64,000 nt of DNA from Macrostomum lignano (taxonomy: Eukaryota): NCBI GenBank assembly GCA_002269645.1, contig NIVC01000292.1, forward strand, positions 372,001 through 436,000, read 5' to 3'. The notes under the pieces were generated by a model. It did not search any database. It was given only the letters and a program-made list of their open reading frames with translations, and was not told the DNA's origin. The position numbers were made by a program, and so were the translations under genes. Of the stretch, positions 36,402-46,521 are shown in pieces (position 1 is the first letter of the stretch; every line of letters starts with the position of its first letter).

Positions 36402-36778
36402 GATTGGGGACTGATTGCTTGATCAGTATAGGGTCTTAAAAATCGCTTGGATAGTAGAAATTTTAAAAGTCGGGCTTGACAGTAGTGATTGCGGAGGATT
36501 CGGGAATTTCGGAGAGCAGGAGGCTTGGGATCTGATTGTGCAATGGCCTAAAAATGCTTATATTTACTGACTATTGTTCACAGACAAGGGAGGTCCTCTT
36601 GTTTTCGTGACCAACCTCATTTTTCTACGCTCTTTGGGCTCTAGTTTCTTTGTCGATCGATAATTTGAGGGGTCCTTTGTGCATAGCAAGGGTCTAGTCG
36701 AGGGCTCTCTTTGTCTAAAATTTGGGGTCTGTTGGGCGAATGGGGACGGCGAGGGAGGGGTAGGAAGGTGTAGACGGG

Positions 36779-37490
36779 CTAAAATTCTAAGTTGCGCAAG
36801 AGGTTTAGTGCTAATAGTAGTCTGTCTAGATGACAGTTGCAACGCTGTTTATTTTGGGGTGGGGGCCTTAAATTGTAGGGGTGACGACGCGGGGGTTCGG
36901 GATCTCGCGGGGCAGGAGAGGGGGGTTGGGGCTGAGGGATCTCTTCGTTTGGGGCCTCACTCTCTGACTCATCGGTCATTTCATTCTCTTCCTCTGTTTG
37001 GGCTTCACTCCATTCTTCTGGCTGGATTTCATTGTTTTCTTCTTCTAACTCTTCGTTCTCTGCTTCTCTAATTTGGCATCTCCAATTAATTTCTTCTTCA
37101 TCGGATTCTTCTTCAGATTCAACTGGTTCGGGCAAGATTAATTTTTGGGAATTTCGGCTGGGTTGGCCTTCCTTAATTACAGGTTGTCTCTTAGGTTTAG
37201 CGGAAGTGGGGATGGGAACAGGGGCGGAATCAGGGGCATCTCGCTGGCCTTCCTTAGTGATTTGTTCTGGGGTTGAGTTCGGGACTGGAGTTAGGTTATC
37301 TCGATGCACGAGCATTTCTTTCCCTACTAATTCTCCTTCTTCTTCTTTCTGGACTTTGAAAACCACTTCTGATAATTGGGCTAAAACTCTAAAGGCGGAT
37401 CTCTTCTTTCGGTGGAACTTGTGGGATTCTTCGCTATCTAGCTGGGGGTTATTAATCAGTGCAAGGCAACCTATAGGGATTCTAGGGGTA
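36779..37490 (-). CDS. Integrase C-terminal region (GPY/F-like motif plus acidic tail), in the -1 frame relative to pol
   Basis: The frame reads PIGCLALINNP..SHKFHRKKRSAFRVLAQLSEVVFKV, resembling the gypsy 'VGD.VL...KL...W.GPF.V.....V.Y.V' segment, and later HPYNLRP; it overlaps the pol stop at 37471. Confidence 0.65.
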
Positions 37491-40400
37491 ACTTGTTAGT
37501 TTCAGCGGCGACTTGTCTTTTCTCTACTACTTTTTCCAACTTCTTCTTGACTATCTTATGAGCTTCCTCTAATCTTTCGGCATGCTTAGTAATATAGGCG
37601 GGATAATCAGCGTGTTCTGCTGTACTTCTGATCTGAGTGTCTAGAGGTAAGGTGGCTTCTCTGCCAAATAATAGGAAGTGAGGGGAAAAACCTGTGGTTG
37701 AATTGGGGCTGGTGCGGACTGCTACTAGGGCTGCGGGAATTAGTAAGTCCCAATCACCATGATCCTTATTGATCAGACAGGTGATGATTGACTTGACTTG
37801 CTTATTAAATCTTTCTACTAGTCCGTTAGATTGGGCATGGTAGGGGGTAGTAAAAGTATGGCGAATGTTGTAGAGTTCGCAGAAAGCTCTAAATTGTTTA
37901 CTAGCAAAGGTTTTTCCATTGTCCGTGTGAATCCAGGTTGGCTGTCCATACTCTGCTACTATTCGCTCGAGTAGTATCTTAATAACTGTGTCTGACTTTT
38001 GGTTTCTAATGGGAAAAGCGAAGGGGTATCTAGTTGTACTATCAACAACTGTCAGGACATATTTATGACCTCGTTTGCTTTCTTTAGATATTGGGCCGAT
38101 AATGTCTATATGCAGGCGGCTAAATGCTTCGCCAATGGGGAATGACTGGACTGGGGCCTGGACAAAGTGTCCTTTCTTGCTCTCGAGACAGGGGATGCAC
38201 TCAGCAATCAACTGCTCAACTGAGGTACTCAATCCGGGTCGCCAAAATCTTTCTCGGATTCTCTGGAGCGTCTTATCTCTTCCTAGATGTCCTGCGAGGG
38301 GGCTGCAGTGAAGGTCAGTAAAGACTGCTTTATCTAGGGATGGGGGCAAAACAACTTTAATTTTTCCGTCTTCAGTAATTGTTAATAATTCGTTATCGAT
38401 TTTCATCAGCGCATAATGCTTACTGATCTTTTCTGGCACGTCCGGTGATTTGGGAAATTGGCTCAATTTCTGTTTCTTGGCTTCTAGCAGGGCTTTAATG
38501 ATGGGATCAGCAGCTTGGGCTTCTTCAATCTGTTCTTTCTTCAGGGGGTTGGGGAGGTAATCAGTTAATAGTTTCTCACACTTTCCTGTCTCTTCTTCTC
38601 TTTCATCTACTTCTCTTCCTGAGACATTCAGCTGTATCCTAGATTCGGGATATTCAAGCTGGGTCTCGCTTTCTGTCAGGGCTTCAGGTGACTGGGACAT
38701 GGGGTTGTCCTTAGTTTCAGCGGGAGCACTCTCATCTCTCAGGGGAACAGGGGTCAACTTCTCAACTTTCTCAGGGATTGGCTCAATTTTCTCAGGAATC
38801 GCTTCAGGTACTTCAGGGGTTTCAAGGATCGCTTCAGCAGGCTCAGTGGCTGCGTCAGGGACTTCGGAAACTTCAGGTGCTGTTTCAGCAAGTTCAGGGG
38901 CTGCTTCAGGGGATACTTCAGGGGCTTCAGCTATCTCAGCTGGTCTTCTCGACAATCCGTCGGCATTGGAATGCTTTGCGCCGCTTCTGTGTTCAATGTC
39001 GAACCTGAATTCGTTCAGACGCTCTATCCATCTTCCTAGGATTCCGGTTGCTTCAGTTTGTCTCATGAGCCAAATTATCGCTTTATGATCAGTTCGGGCT
39101 AAGAATTTCTTGCCGATCAGATAAAATCTGAAATGCCTCATAGCGTCGACAAGGGCTAACAATTCTTTCCGGGTAATGGGGTATCGCTTCTCTGATTCTT
39201 TCATTGCTCTACTAAAATAGGCTATTGGTCGCTCTATGCCATCACTCTGGATTTGGCCAAGGCATGCGCCAATCCTGTCGTCACTGGCATCTGTGTCGAG
39301 CACCATTTTCACATTTTCATCTTCGACATATTCGGGGTAGGCTAACACTTCAGTGGACATCATTCGCTGCTTCAGGGACTCAAAGGCTTCGTCATGCACT
39401 TTGCTCCACTTAGATTGGAAATTCTGAACTCCTTTTCGGGTCAATTGAAATAGGGGGTGAGCCACTTCGGCATAATTTTTCACGAATCGGCAATAATAAT
39501 TGCATAGGCCAAGAAAACTGCGTAATTCTTTTACGTCTTTGGGACGGGGCCAAGTTTGGATTGCTTCAATCTTCGTCTTGTCTGTTTGAATGCCTTGCCG
39601 GCCAATCACGTGTCCTAGATATTTCAACTCGTGATGGAAAAGGTTGCACTTTTTGGGTCTCAACTTCAGACCTGCGGCAATAAGTCGCTTAAATACTTCT
39701 CTTAAGTGCTCTAAATGGTCGGCAAAAGTTTGGGAGTAGGCTATTATGTCATCGATATAGGACATGGCGAACTTATGCTGAATTCCTAATAGGACTAAAT
39801 TCATCAGGCGTTGGAAGGTTCCGGGGGCATTGGAAAGTCCTTGGGCCATCACTTGGTATTCAAATTGGCCTCTAGTTAGGGTGGAGAAGGCGGTTCGATG
39901 TTTATCTTCTTCTTTGATGGGGACTTGCCAGTATCCTGAGTTAAGATCTAGGCTGCTAAAGTATTGGCTACCAGTCAGGTGGGAGAAGGTCTCTTGGATA
40001 TTGGGGAGGGGGTAGGGGTAATAATTAACTCTTGAGTTGAGCACTCGGAAATCGCTCACGATTCTGATAGAACCGTCTTTCTTGGGGACAATTACTAGGG
40101 GAGTGGAGTAAGTTGAATAACAGGGTCTAATTAAGTTTTTGGCTAACATATCGTCTAATTGGGCGTCAACTTGCTTTTGCAAGTGTGGGGGGATGCGTCT
40201 GGCTGGGATTCTAACGGGGGTGGGGTCTTTAATAGAGATTTCGTGGGTTACTAAGTGTGTCAGGCCCATGTCTAATTCATTCTGGGAAAAGGCTTCACGG
40301 TTTTCTTTCATTAAGTCGATGACTGCTTTTCGCTGTTCATCTGACAGTTCAGGGCCAAGGCTCACTTCATTAATCCAGGAATCTTCAGTACATTGAGTCT

Positions 40401-41607
40401 GGTTGACTTTCGCAGAGGGTTGGGGGTTGGGAGTTGGGGTTTGCCAATAGGTCAGGTCTTTAGCCTTCATGGGTCTGGCTAAGCCAATTAGGGAAGTTTT
40501 AGTTAGATTCACGTCTACTGGGTGGCGGTTAATAATTTCGACAATTCCTTTGCCTTCTTTCATTGTTACTAGGGTTGGAACCATTTCTAATGAAAAATCA
40601 CGGGTTCGGACAGTATCGCCAATGGCTTCAATGGTCATGGGGGTGCCATAATTTGATTCACAATTCTTGGCTAATTTCACGGGTATTCGGAGGGCACTAT
40701 TAGCTGGGATGATTGCTCTTTCTTGAGTATAAACTCGGCAAACTTTCACGGGTAGGCGGGTATACTGCATGGGTATACAGGTACCGTCATTAAGCACTAG
40801 CATTCCTTTGGCTAGCTGAATGCTTTCGCATTGGGACAAGAAAAATTCCATTCCTAATATATTATCGCAATCGTGTCGGCATAGGAGGAAATCGACTTCG
40901 ATTTGGATATCGCCAAACTTCACTTGGGCAGATACTTCTCCTTCTAATTGTACTGGTGTACCGTCAAATGTACTGATACTTTTGCTAGTGTCTCGGATTT
41001 GATCGGCACGGAATAGCTTAGACCAGGTTGAGCGGCTCAGGAAGTTATTTCTGGCGCCTGTGTCTAGCAAGAAATTAATCGATTCTTTCTGGATATCGCC
41101 GACAATTACAGCTTCATAGCCTTCTAGCTTGGTCAGGTCGATTCGAGATGGGGAATTGGTTTTTGGCTTTTGTCGCTTCTTTGAGCGGGTTTCAGCACTG
41201 GATAGAGCATTATTGGTTTCACTCGCATGGGGTACATGGGGTGCAAGCGCAGTGGGTACACGGGGTGCGGACGCATGATGTACATAAGCTTTGGTCGCAT
41301 TGGTTACATGAGAGGCGGTCGCATGGGGGGAATTGTACACATGAGGGTCATGGGGGGCATTTGGCATAGCATCGTCGGCATCATCAAAGGTAAGAAGTGA
41401 AAAATTATTGGGGGAGACAGATATCGCATTATTTACAGGCATTGGCTGTACATGGGAGGTTTTGCGGGGATAGCGGAAACCGTACTGGGGAGGTTGCCGG
41501 TATTTTGGTTGGGGGGCATTTTCGAATGATGGGGAGGCCGGAGAGTAAGCAAAATTTTGGCCTGAGGGGCGTGGCCTCTTAACTCGACCCTGGCTTCTCA
41601 GTTTCCC
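37471..41607 (-). CDS. pol: Pol polyprotein (protease, RT, RNase H, integrase), open from the frameshift site
   Basis: Protease FLLDTGA; RT LDLNSGYWQV and YIDDII; RNase H LDTDAS and TDHKAI; integrase HHCC (HCSPLAGH...CIPC) and D,D,E (HIDIIG, TDNG, NGLVERFN). The frame is stop-free from 41607 to 37471. Confidence 0.95.
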   Translation of the reverse strand, partial: GKLRSQGRVKRPRPSGQNFAYSPASPSFENAPQPKYRQPPQYGFRYPRKTSHVQPMPVNNAISVSPNNFSLLTFDDADDAMPNAPHDPHVYNSPHATASHVTNATKAYVHHASAPRVPTALAPHVPHASETNNALSSAETRSKKRQKPKTNSPSRIDLTKLEGYEAVIVGDIQKESINFLLDTGARNNFLSRSTWSKLFRADQIRDTSKSISTFDGTPVQLEGEVSAQVKFGDIQIEVDFLLCRHDCDNILGMEFFLSQCESIQLAKGMLVLNDGTCIPMQYTRLPVKVCRVYTQERAIIPANSALRIPVKLAKNCESNYGTPMTIEAIGDTVRTRDFSLEMVPTLVTMKEGKGIVEIINRHPVDVNLTKTSLIGLARPMKAKDLTYWQTPTPNPQPSAKVNQTQCTEDSWINEVSLGPELSDEQRKAVIDLMKENREAFSQNELDMGLTHLVTHEISIKDPTPVRIPARRIPPHLQKQVDAQLDDMLAKNLIRPCYSTYSTPLVIVPKKDGSIRIVSDFRVLNSRVNYYPYPLPNIQETFSHLTGSQYFSSLDLNSGYWQVPIKEEDKHRTAFSTLTRGQFEYQVMAQGLSNAPGTFQRLMNLVLLGIQHKFAMSYIDDIIAYSQTFADHLEHLREVFKRLIAAGLKLRPKKCNLFHHELKYLGHVIGRQGIQTDKTKIEAIQTWPRPKDVKELRSFLGLCNYYCRFVKNYAEVAHPLFQLTRKGVQNFQSKWSKVHDEAFESLKQRMMSTEVLAYPEYVEDENVKMVLDTDASDDRIGACLGQIQSDGIERPIAYFSRAMKESEKRYPITRKELLALVDAMRHFRFYLIGKKFLARTDHKAIIWLMRQTEATGILGRWIERLNEFRFDIEHRSGAKHSNADGLSRRPAEIAEAPEVSPEAAPELAETAPEVSEVPDAATEPAEAILETPEVPEAIPEKIEPIPEKVEKLTPVPLRDESAPAETKDNPMSQSPEALTESETQLEYPESRIQLNVSGREVDEREEETGKCEKLLTDYLPNPLKKEQIEEAQAADPIIKALLEAKKQKLSQFPKSPDVPEKISKHYALMKIDNELLTITEDGKIKVVLPPSLDKAVFTDLHCSPLAGHLGRDKTLQRIRERFWRPGLSTSVEQLIAECIPCLESKKGHFVQAPVQSFPIGEAFSRLHIDIIGPISKESKRGHKYVLTVVDSTTRYPFAFPIRNQKSDTVIKILLERIVAEYGQPTWIHTDNGKTFASKQFRAFCELYNIRHTFTTPYHAQSNGLVERFNKQVKSIITCLINKDHGDWDLLIPAALVAVRTSPNSTTGFSPHFLLFGREATLPLDTQIRSTAEHADYPAYITKHAERLEEAHKIVKKKLEKVVEKRQVAAETNKLPLESL

Positions 41608-42611
41608 GACTTCTGGGAGTCACGGGGGTTACGGAACTTCAGCGGCTCATATCTTGGGTTAGGGGGCTGACGCTCATTCCTTCTTGGGGGTTCACGTCTT
41701 GGCGGCTGGTTCATCAGCTGGGGCCTGTACTGCTGCTGAGGTTGCGGTCTGTACTGCTGCTGGGGTGGCTGTCTGTACTGCTGCTGGGGTGGTTGTCTGT
41801 ACTGCTGCTGGGGAGGCTGTCTGTACAGCTGAGGGTTTGGCTGTCTGTACTGTTGCTGGGGGAATACCTGAGATGGCGGGGCGCACTGCGCTGTTTCAGC
41901 CAGTTGCTTCTGCAGGTTCTGAATAAGCCTTTCTTGGCGATCAATCTTAGTCTGCTGGTCAATGATCAACTGATCGGTTCTGACCTTGTGCTCCTCTTTC
42001 TCATCCTTGGTCACTCTAATTCCTCCTTTGTGGGACATCTGATAAGCAGCTTCAATTCTGCGCAGCATTCTGCGGGCGGCTTGGAGACTAGCCGGTTGGG
42101 CAAAGATTAGCTTTTCACGGGTGTCGGGAGGGGTTCTCACACCTTTAATGAACTGCTCAACCAGTTCTTCCTCTCTCTGCTCAGCATCCATGTTCAGGAA
42201 TGCGCGGGAGGCTAATTCGATCAGGGCATCGGCAAAGCTGTCAGTGGATTCGTTTCTGCCTTGGCAGCGATTCCTAAACTCTTCGCGAAATTCGGCGGAG
42301 CTACCTACTTTTCCAAATCTTTCGATCAGTCTCTCTTTGAATTCTTCATAGGGGAGATTAGCTGGGAGGTTGAGGCGTTGAACTGCTGCAAACGCAGTGC
42401 TTAGATCTAAGTTGGTCAATAATTCCTGCTTTCGGTTTTCTTCTTCTATGCCTTCATTTTCACATCTTTGGTCAAATGCGGTAAGCCAGATTCTGATATC
42501 TTGGCTGGGGAGGTATTTCTGGATTTTCACATGTCTAAGGGGGCCTAATTCGAGTCGGTTGCGGAGCTCTTCGGCTAAGAGCGCAAGGGCTTCATTGATT
42601 CCTGCGGCCAT
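41598..42611 (-). CDS. gag: Gag, 337 aa
   Basis: First ORF after the PBS, with a retrotransposon gag/MHR-like segment (RCQGRNESTDSFADALIELA, EQFIKGV) and C-terminal QQYRQPP repeats. Confidence 0.88.
   Translation of the reverse strand: MAAGINEALALLAEELRNRLELGPLRHVKIQKYLPSQDIRIWLTAFDQRCENEGIEEENRKQELLTNLDLSTAFAAVQRLNLPANLPYEEFKERLIERFGKVGSSAEFREEFRNRCQGRNESTDSFADALIELASRAFLNMDAEQREEELVEQFIKGVRTPPDTREKLIFAQPASLQAARRMLRRIEAAYQMSHKGGIRVTKDEKEEHKVRTDQLIIDQQTKIDRQERLIQNLQKQLAETAQCAPPSQVFPQQQYRQPNPQLYRQPPQQQYRQPPQQQYRQPPQQQYRPQPQQQYRPQLMNQPPRREPPRRNERQPPNPRYEPLKFRNPRDSQKSGN
41601..41607 (-). promoter_or_regulatory. -1 ribosomal frameshift slippery heptamer G GGA AAC
   Basis: The X XXY YYZ heptamer is in the gag frame immediately before the gag TGA, and the -1 frame continues without a stop into pol. 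Confidence 0.85.
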
Positions 42612-42677
42612 TATACTTCAGGGATTGGGATGGGAAATTAGGCTGGGGTTGCGCGTTTCTCCAGATTCTGATCCTTT

Positions 42678-42690
42678 ACCGCTGCCACCA
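42678..42690 (-). promoter_or_regulatory. Primer-binding site, tRNA-Leu type
   Basis: Sense sequence TGGTGGCAGCGGT, 4 nt after the 5' LTR, is complementary to the tRNA-Leu 3' end ...ACCGCTGCCACCA. Confidence 0.8.
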
Positions 42691-42694
42691 AATT

Positions 42695-43642
42695 TGTTAC
42701 AGGGGTCTTGGGGGAGGGAAGTTTTCCTATTGCTGACACCAAATTGTTGTAGGGTAAGTTATGGGATTCTTGGGGATTTCTGATAGATGTGCTAGTTTTA
42801 TTACTAATAGGAGTAAGCCAATGGTTGCTCCTGGTGGCGTGAGTGTCCGAGCGGCAAGACACTGTCTAAATTAAACTTAACTAGTCCGAGGGAATAAAGA
42901 TGGGAGAGGGGAATTAAGGGCTTCGCGATGGATCAGAGTTGCCTGGGAAAGCACACTAATGGGAACTTCTAAATACTAATAGGGAATGCTGACAGCATTA
43001 GATAAGAAGGTAATCTGCCTAATGAATGTGGGAAATTTCTACTAGGAAGGGTCGGGAGCGGGGATGCTTGGGGGAGGATCAGACTGTAAGTCCGAGGGAA
43101 TAAGGCTGTACACCTGTGCAGACAGAATGTCCACAAAGAGGGGAGAGGATTGAGGGGCGGGGCGTATATTCTCTGGGAAAGAGGAGGAAAGGGGAGCGGC
43201 TTGGGGTAGGACTGCACGTCCTGGGGAGAGTGGGGAAAGGAGGCCTGTACGCTTCTGGCTGTACGAAGCTCCGTGGGAGAGGGAAGGCGGAGCGCCTTTA
43301 AATGACTAAGACCAATTCAGATCTATTTTTGGAACAATTACAACCGCTGGGGCCAAGACCGGAGTCTAAAATTGGCAGGCGGAGGAAACCAACGAGCGCA
43401 AGTTCTCCTTCGTTTATTTTTCTCTCTCTCTTTTATAGTATTACAGGCAAAAATGGCGTACGTATTAAAACTAATTAAACATACAGAATTAGGCTAAAAG
43501 CTACTATTGATGCTATTTTACTACTTAACAATACTAAAAACATATATTTATTAGGCACAGAATTCTTCAATCGAATATAAAAAATAGTCGTATTTATAAG
43601 GCAATGTATAAGTATAGTAGGCAAGGAATAATGGCTCTTACA
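42695..43642 (-). repeat. 5' LTR (948 bp)
   Basis: TG...CA ends; identical by eye to 34293-35240; followed in sense orientation by the PBS. Confidence 0.96.
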
Positions 43643-46139
43643 TTTTCTTTTTTACTAGGGCGTGTTACTGTGAAAAGGAGCCCAATTTTAAAGTTCCGGG
43701 CTTCCGGTAATTAGCTCATGCCGCTAATTGGTTTTTCGGTTGAGTTTTTTAAGGAAAATTATACCAAATCGCATAAATTCTTTAAATTCGTCATTATGCC
43801 TATTTTAAAGTAAATTTCATGTAAATGCTTGAAATCTATGCTCATTCATCCTGAAAGACCTCTGAATATTATACCCATTTTTATTACCTATTTAGAACAG
43901 TTTAAAGCAGACATCAGTCAGTCATGAAGTTGCTAGACACTTGCGAAGGTCCAATGATGGGTCAGACCACAGACACTAGAAATTAAGCAGACTTTTGCAG
44001 CTTTTAAAAAACTTAAAATTTCGTTTAAAAGTAGATAAATTTTCATTTCACTTTTGTAAAGGCAAAAAACGCAAATTTTGCTACTGAAAAAAAGTAGAAA
44101 AACGCATTTTTTGCGAGTGACACGTGATCTAGTTATTCTAGAGCCTCTTCACGGCAATCGGTTCTAGAACCAGAATAAATTCGAGTTCTAGAACCAGAAC
44201 CAGTATGAAATGAGGAGCTTCGAACCTATATTTTATGTTTGACAGTCTTTACAATTTAATTTTGTCGTTCTTTGACTTTGTTTCCTCTTGGATATGACAA
44301 AAAAGGAATAATTATATAACAATGTAGTGACCTTCGCGAAAGTTCGATGCATTTGAATTATTTAATTTCTAGAAATTTCCCCGTAGAGTACAAATTAAAT
44401 TCTCGAAATTTCTTCTCACAGTAACTAATTCTAATACTCGCATTTATAAATATTCAATGTATAATTTATTACAGTAAGGCAGTACTACAATTAATGCAAA
44501 TCTAATAGGAATCAATAATTAATATTTGTTTTGTTGTAATACTTAGAATTTTCTAGAAGTTTCCGGCGATGCTCCTGATGGCTATAAATATACGGTGCCC
44601 ACAGCGGATAATCTTTACTTCCTTACTTCTTCTCCATACTTCTTACTTTTGATTAAATAAAATAAGAACCACCGCCTAGCTCTTCCTTAATTTACATTAA
44701 ATCCTTACAACAACAATAAAAAATTGACGATTTCAAATATATTTTACTGTTAAAGTGTAAACATGACAACGGTTCGAGAAAATTTCTCGAACCATATTCT
44801 AGAACCAGAACCATGTTCCGGAACTGATTCTGTTTTTCGAACCATCGATATGAAGAGCATCGAACCGGTTCGGAACAGGTTCCGTTTTTCGAATCGGCGA
44901 TATGAAGCTAGGCTCCTAGTATCTATGGGGCAGACTCAAAAACGCCGAAAATTGAATCTTTTTTATATAGTACGTTGTCATCGACATTAATTTCTTAACT
45001 AAAACAAAATTGTTTTGTAAATATTCACTAAAACAGCAATTTGCTGACTGAAATGCACCCAGTTCGAAAAGTGAGATAATATTTTCGCGTGCAATAATTG
45101 AAATTCTATGGTACATTTAACTACTCGTTATTGATCGATTATGAATTGGCTGAATCATGGCATGTCACAACACGGCAGCATGTCGTGTCAACGTTGATAG
45201 CGTTATTTACAGCTTTTATACTGGTGAATAAGCATAATCGGTTCTAAACTTTTTATTTTGAATGTTCAGTTCCGCTTTCAATTGGGTTCCAAAACTTATG
45301 CTCGGAAGACTTCTTCTATAGCGATAGCTAGCCTTTTCACGCATCTTGGTTCCACTGTTTCAGCACCACTGGCACTACCAGGATTCTGGTATTATGCAGC
45401 ATTTTGGCACAATTTCTGTCTCAATTCTTTCCTATGTGGCCTATTAGTATTGTGCAATAAAAACTTGATGTTTATCTGATTTTAGCCTATGCTGTTGTAC
45501 TATTTGTCATAAATTTTATTATTTCTTAAGTTTAATAGATAATTTTAATTTTGACTGTTTGTCTGCCTAGGCCCAAGTAGACTTTCTCAGTCTCCCCTAA
45601 AAAGTATAGCTTAGCCTTAGGTTTTAAAAACAAATAAACCTAAGTATTTTGATTGTAAAATACTAAATAGGTCATAATCATTTCACATTTAAAAGTGAAA
45701 TGAATGAATTTAATTTTAATTAATAATAGATAAAAATGTTAATATAAAAAATGCACTTTAGCCTTTTTATGCCAATATAAGGCCTACCTCTTTCATTTTT
45801 TGTTTTAGATATTCTAGGCCTAGTAGTAATTCTATTATTAATTTTTATTCTTTCTCTTTTCTATTCTTCTCCTTGGCTTGCAATTAGAATTAGGCTAGGC
45901 CCTATATAGTACTAGATTCTATATTTGGCCTTTAAGTTAAAAACTTTTAAATCCCTAATTTAAATGATTAACATTATTATAAATTATAAATATTTGCTAT
46001 AGCATTTAATCAGGCCTAAAGCATCTAGATCAAGGGTTAGCAAACTCTGGCATAGGCCCCTATAGGTCACATGTAGCCTACAATGTCTTTTTGACTTTTG
46101 GCTCCTTTAAAAATCCTTTAACAATTTGTACTGCTCATA

Positions 46140-46445
46140 GTTTGTCTCTTAGCTTTCTTCTCTTTTTTTCTTTTTCATCTCTCCTTTCCAGTCTCTACTC
46201 CTCTCCTTTCCTTTCTACTCCTCTTTTTTCCTCTCCACTTCTCTCCTCTCCTATCTTTTCTCTTTTCTTTCCTCTTCTCTCCCCTTATCTCCCTTTTCCC
46301 TTCCTTTCCTCTCCTCTCCTCTCCACTCTTCTTCCTCTCTCTTCTATTCTCTCTATTATCTCTCCTTTCTTGTCGTCTCTCCTTTTCTTCCCTTAACTCT
46401 CCTTTCTTCTATTTGATCTTCTCTATTCCCTTTCCTCTCTCCTCC
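46140..46445. repeat. CT-rich low-complexity tract
   Basis: Pyrimidine-only stretch on the + strand. Confidence 0.85.
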
Positions 46446-46521
46446 ACAGTCATGTGCTGGGTTCTCTATCTGGCCCTAAAGGTAAAAATCTTGCCAACCC
46501 CCAATTTGGATATTGGAATTT

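Larger units (their letters stand above)
34293..43642 (-). mobile_element. Full-length Ty3/Gypsy LTR retrotransposon (9350 bp), very recent insertion
   Basis: Two 948-bp TG...CA LTRs, TTTT on both flanks (4-bp TSD), PBS, gag, pol in PR-RT-RH-IN order, and an extra ORF before the 3' LTR. Confidence 0.96.

Noticed and set aside
36564-36842. 92-aa minus-strand ORF between the pol tail and ORF3, in the same frame as ORF3
   Set aside because: It has a non-ATG start, and two stops in quick succession separate it from ORF3, so read-through is implausible.
44138-44919. Possible hAT-like element with GGTTCTAGAACC subterminal repeats (related sequence at 57290-57400)
   Set aside because: The TIRs (TAGAGCCTCTTCA vs TGAAGCTAGGCTCCTAG) match only with indels and there is no TSD.
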